Assembly: GCA_965237415.1 (NCBI GenBank)
Contig: CBDEFM010000002.1
Coordinates: 1,920,001 to 1,984,000 of the forward strand
DNA length: 64,000 bases
Reading direction: 5' to 3'
Source of the DNA: Alphaproteobacteria bacterium
Lineage (GTDB): Bacteria; Pseudomonadota; Alphaproteobacteria; UBA828
Part shown: piece by piece, positions 61,938-64,000 of the stretch
How the letters are laid out: each line of letters starts with the position of its first letter
How positions within the stretch are numbered: position 1 is the stretch's first letter
Translations under genes and position numbers: made by a program
Notes under the pieces: model-generated
Databases searched by the model: none
What the model was told of the DNA's origin: nothing
The model's input: the letters and a program-made list of their open reading frames with translations, nothing else

Positions 61938-62771
61938 CGCTCGGCCCTCCGCCGCCTGAGCGGCCGGCGCGTCGGCGGAGACGGGCGCGAGCAGCGCCGC
62001 TGTCGCCGCCGCGACATCGGCCTGGCGCATCAGGGACTCGCCGACCAGGAACCGGCGCACGCCGAGCGCCGTCATGCGGGCGATATCGGCCGGGCCGTGG
62101 AGGCCGCTCTCGCAGACCATGGGCGGCCCGCCCGCCGCCAGCGGCGCGAGGCGCTCGGTGGTCGCGAGATCGACCTCGAGGGTCTTCAGGTTGCGGTTGT
62201 TGATGCCAAGCAAGGAGGCACCGAGAGCCAGCGCCCGCTCGAGCTCGTGCGCGTCATGGACCTCCACCAGCGTGTCCATTCCGAGCTCCCTTGCCGCGGC
62301 AGCGAGCTCGGCGGCCTCCCCGTCGCCAAGGGCGGCCATGATGAGCAGGATGCAGTCCGCGCCGAGCGCGCGTGCCTCGACGACCTGATAAGGATCGAGC
62401 ATGAAGTCCTTGCGCAGCACGGGGAGCGGGACGGCCTCGCGCGCCTCCAAGAGATAGCGGTCTTCGCCCTGGAAGTAAGGCTTGTCCGTCAGCACGGAGA
62501 GGCAGGCCGCGCCGCCGCGGGCGTAGGCGGCCGCGAGTGCCGGCGGGTCGAAATCGCTGCGGATCAGGCCCTTGCTGGGCGAGGCCTTCTTGAGCTCGGC
62601 AATGAGCGCCGGGCGGCCGCTGTCGGCGACCGCGCTGAGCGCTCGGGCGAAGCCGCGTGGCGCTTCCGCCGCGCGCGCCCTCTCCGCCAGCGCTGCCTGC
62701 GAGACTGCCCTCTTGCGGGCGGCGACGTGGAGCCGCTTGTCGTCGCAGATCTTGGAAAGGACGTCGCTCAT
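61461..62771 (-). CDS. trpC: Indole-3-glycerol phosphate synthase, reading in frame into MoaC (TrpC-MoaC fusion ORF)
   Basis: [46 protein letters not shown]; no stop before the moaC ATG. Confidence 0.92.
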   Translation of the reverse strand: MSDVLSKICDDKRLHVAARKRAVSQAALAERARAAEAPRGFARALSAVADSGRPALIAELKKASPSKGLIRSDFDPPALAAAYARGGAACLSVLTDKPYFQGEDRYLLEAREAVPLPVLRKDFMLDPYQVVEARALGADCILLIMAALGDGEAAELAAAARELGMDTLVEVHDAHELERALALGASLLGINNRNLKTLEVDLATTERLAPLAAGGPPMVCESGLHGPADIARMTALGVRRFLVGESLMRQADVAAATAALLAPVSADAPAAQAAEGRAMARLTHIDAEGKARMVDVTEKEVTERRATARARVLMKPETARLIQEGGVAKGDVLGVARLAGIMAAKRTADLIPLCHPLALSAVDVRLTCDEAEGAVDIEASCRITARTGVEMEALTAASVAALTVYDMCKAADRGMRITDVRLTHKEGGKSGEFRAP

Positions 62772-63826
62772 TGGCCCGCTGCGCTCCCGGCCCGCGCGGG
62801 CGCGCTCCGGCCGCTGATCTCGACGAGCCGGTCGAGCGCGGCCTGGGCCTTGCCGCTGTCGACCGCCTCGGCCGCACGGCGAACGCCGTCCATGAGATCG
62901 CCGGCGCGCCCGGCGACGATGAGCGCCGCGGCGGCATTGAGCAGCACGATGTCCCGCGCCGGACCGGGCGCGCCATCGAGGACGGCGCGAACGATGGCGG
63001 CGTTCTCCCCGGCGTCGCCGCCCTTCAGATCCTCGGGCTGGGCCCGCGGCAGGCCAGCGTCCTCCGGCGTGACCTCGAAGCGGCGGATCGTGCCGCCGTC
63101 GAGTTCGACAACCGCAGACGGCCCCGTGGTAGTGAGCTCGTCGGTACCATCGCTGCCATGGACGACCCAGACGCGCTCGGACCCGAGATTGCGCAGGACC
63201 TCGGCCATGGGCATCGCCCACTTGGGGTCGAACACGCCGATCACCTGGCGGGTGGCGCCGGCCGGGTTGGCGAGCGGGCCCAGCAGGTTGAAGACGGTGC
63301 GCGTGCCGAGCTCGATCCGGGTCGGCCCCACGTGGCGCATGGCGCTGTGGTGCCGCGGCGCCATGAGGAAGCCGATCCCGGCCTCCCACAGGGCGTCGCG
63401 GACGAGCGCCATGTCCGCATCGATGGTGACGCCGAGGGCGGCGAGCAGGTCGGCCGAGCCCGAGCGCGAGGAGAGCGCCCGGTTGCCGTGCTTGGCGACG
63501 GGCACGCCGCAGCCAGCGGCCACGAGCGCGGCGGCGGTCGAGATGTTGAAGGTGCCCTTGGCGTCCCCGCCGGTGCCGCAGGTGTCGATGGTTCCCTCGG
63601 GCGCGTCGATTTTTAGCGCGCGGGCGCGCATCGCCTGCGCGCCGCCGGTGATTTCGTCGACGGTCTCGCCCCGCACGCGGAGCGCCATGAGAAAGCCGCC
63701 CATCTGCGATGGAGTCGCCTCACCCGCCATCATCGCGTCGAAGGCGGCCCGCGATTCGTCCACGGAGAGCGCCGCGCCGCTCGCGACACGCCCTATGAGC
63801 GCCTTGAAATCGGTCGATTCCGTCAT
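62768..63826 (-). CDS. trpD: Anthranilate phosphoribosyltransferase
   Basis: [43 protein letters not shown]. Confidence 0.96.
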   Translation of the reverse strand: MTESTDFKALIGRVASGAALSVDESRAAFDAMMAGEATPSQMGGFLMALRVRGETVDEITGGAQAMRARALKIDAPEGTIDTCGTGGDAKGTFNISTAAALVAAGCGVPVAKHGNRALSSRSGSADLLAALGVTIDADMALVRDALWEAGIGFLMAPRHHSAMRHVGPTRIELGTRTVFNLLGPLANPAGATRQVIGVFDPKWAMPMAEVLRNLGSERVWVVHGSDGTDELTTTGPSAVVELDGGTIRRFEVTPEDAGLPRAQPEDLKGGDAGENAAIVRAVLDGAPGPARDIVLLNAAAALIVAGRAGDLMDGVRRAAEAVDSGKAQAALDRLVEISGRSAPARAGSAAGQ

Positions 63827-64000
63827 GGGGGTCAGACGTCCGCTCGCTCGCTCGCGCGCCGGCTCCAGGCCGCGCTGCCCGGCCGGTGCGCCCCGTGTTA
63901 TAGCCGGTTCTCGACGAAACGCCATACGGGCGTAGGCCGGTCTGTCGCCGGAGTGCAGCCGCCAGAAGCGCGCCATTCGGTCTTGACCGAGCCGCCGCGA

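Noticed and set aside
60309-63935. 1208-aa plus-strand ORF and other long antisense ORFs (2769-4877, 7378-9891, 18644-21376, 22775-24649, 56424-58526)
   Set aside because: Shadow or alternate-frame ORFs over clear housekeeping genes in high-GC DNA, with no recognisable motifs
1-64000. CRISPR arrays, integrases, transposases, defence or phage genes
   Set aside because: No regularly spaced repeats or corresponding protein motifs were found by eye

Overview
This is a 64 kb window from a high-GC (about 70%) alphaproteobacterium, probably Rhodospirillales-like and possibly marine (acuI, H+-PPase, glcDEF). Most of it is conserved housekeeping DNA: carB-greA, thrS-infC-rpmI-rplT-pheST-lepA, tRNA-Ser, ihfA-fabH-plsX-rpmF, bamE, hppA, rpmJ, glcDEF, zur-znuCB, hisI, tRNA-Asn, rnhB, yggS and trpD-trpC-moaC-moeA. 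There are three accessory blocks. (1) At 27.0-34.8 kb, a STAS protein, a one-Cys OxyR-like LysR, a degraded small-peptide ORF and a membrane HAMP-PP2C phosphatase sit with two polar-amino-acid ABC membrane domains and two binding proteins. There is no ATPase gene, and both membrane domains lack a recognisable EAA coupling loop. This is the best candidate for an undescribed transporter-derived sensing and partner-switching system. (2) At 37.7-46.5 kb there is a decaying amidase/peptide-ABC catabolic region with visible truncation points. (3) At 46.9-56.5 kb there is a GS-like/isochorismatase pair, a USP, a pentapeptide-repeat protein and a low-GC polyamine-type ABC operon. Other notable features are an in-frame TrpC-MoaC fusion, two families of structured intergenic repeats (one with compensatory base changes that supplies the lepA and znuB stop codons), an ATA start for infC, and LexA and Zur boxes. 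No CRISPR array, integrase or transposase was seen. All calls come from motif recognition by eye; no searches were run.
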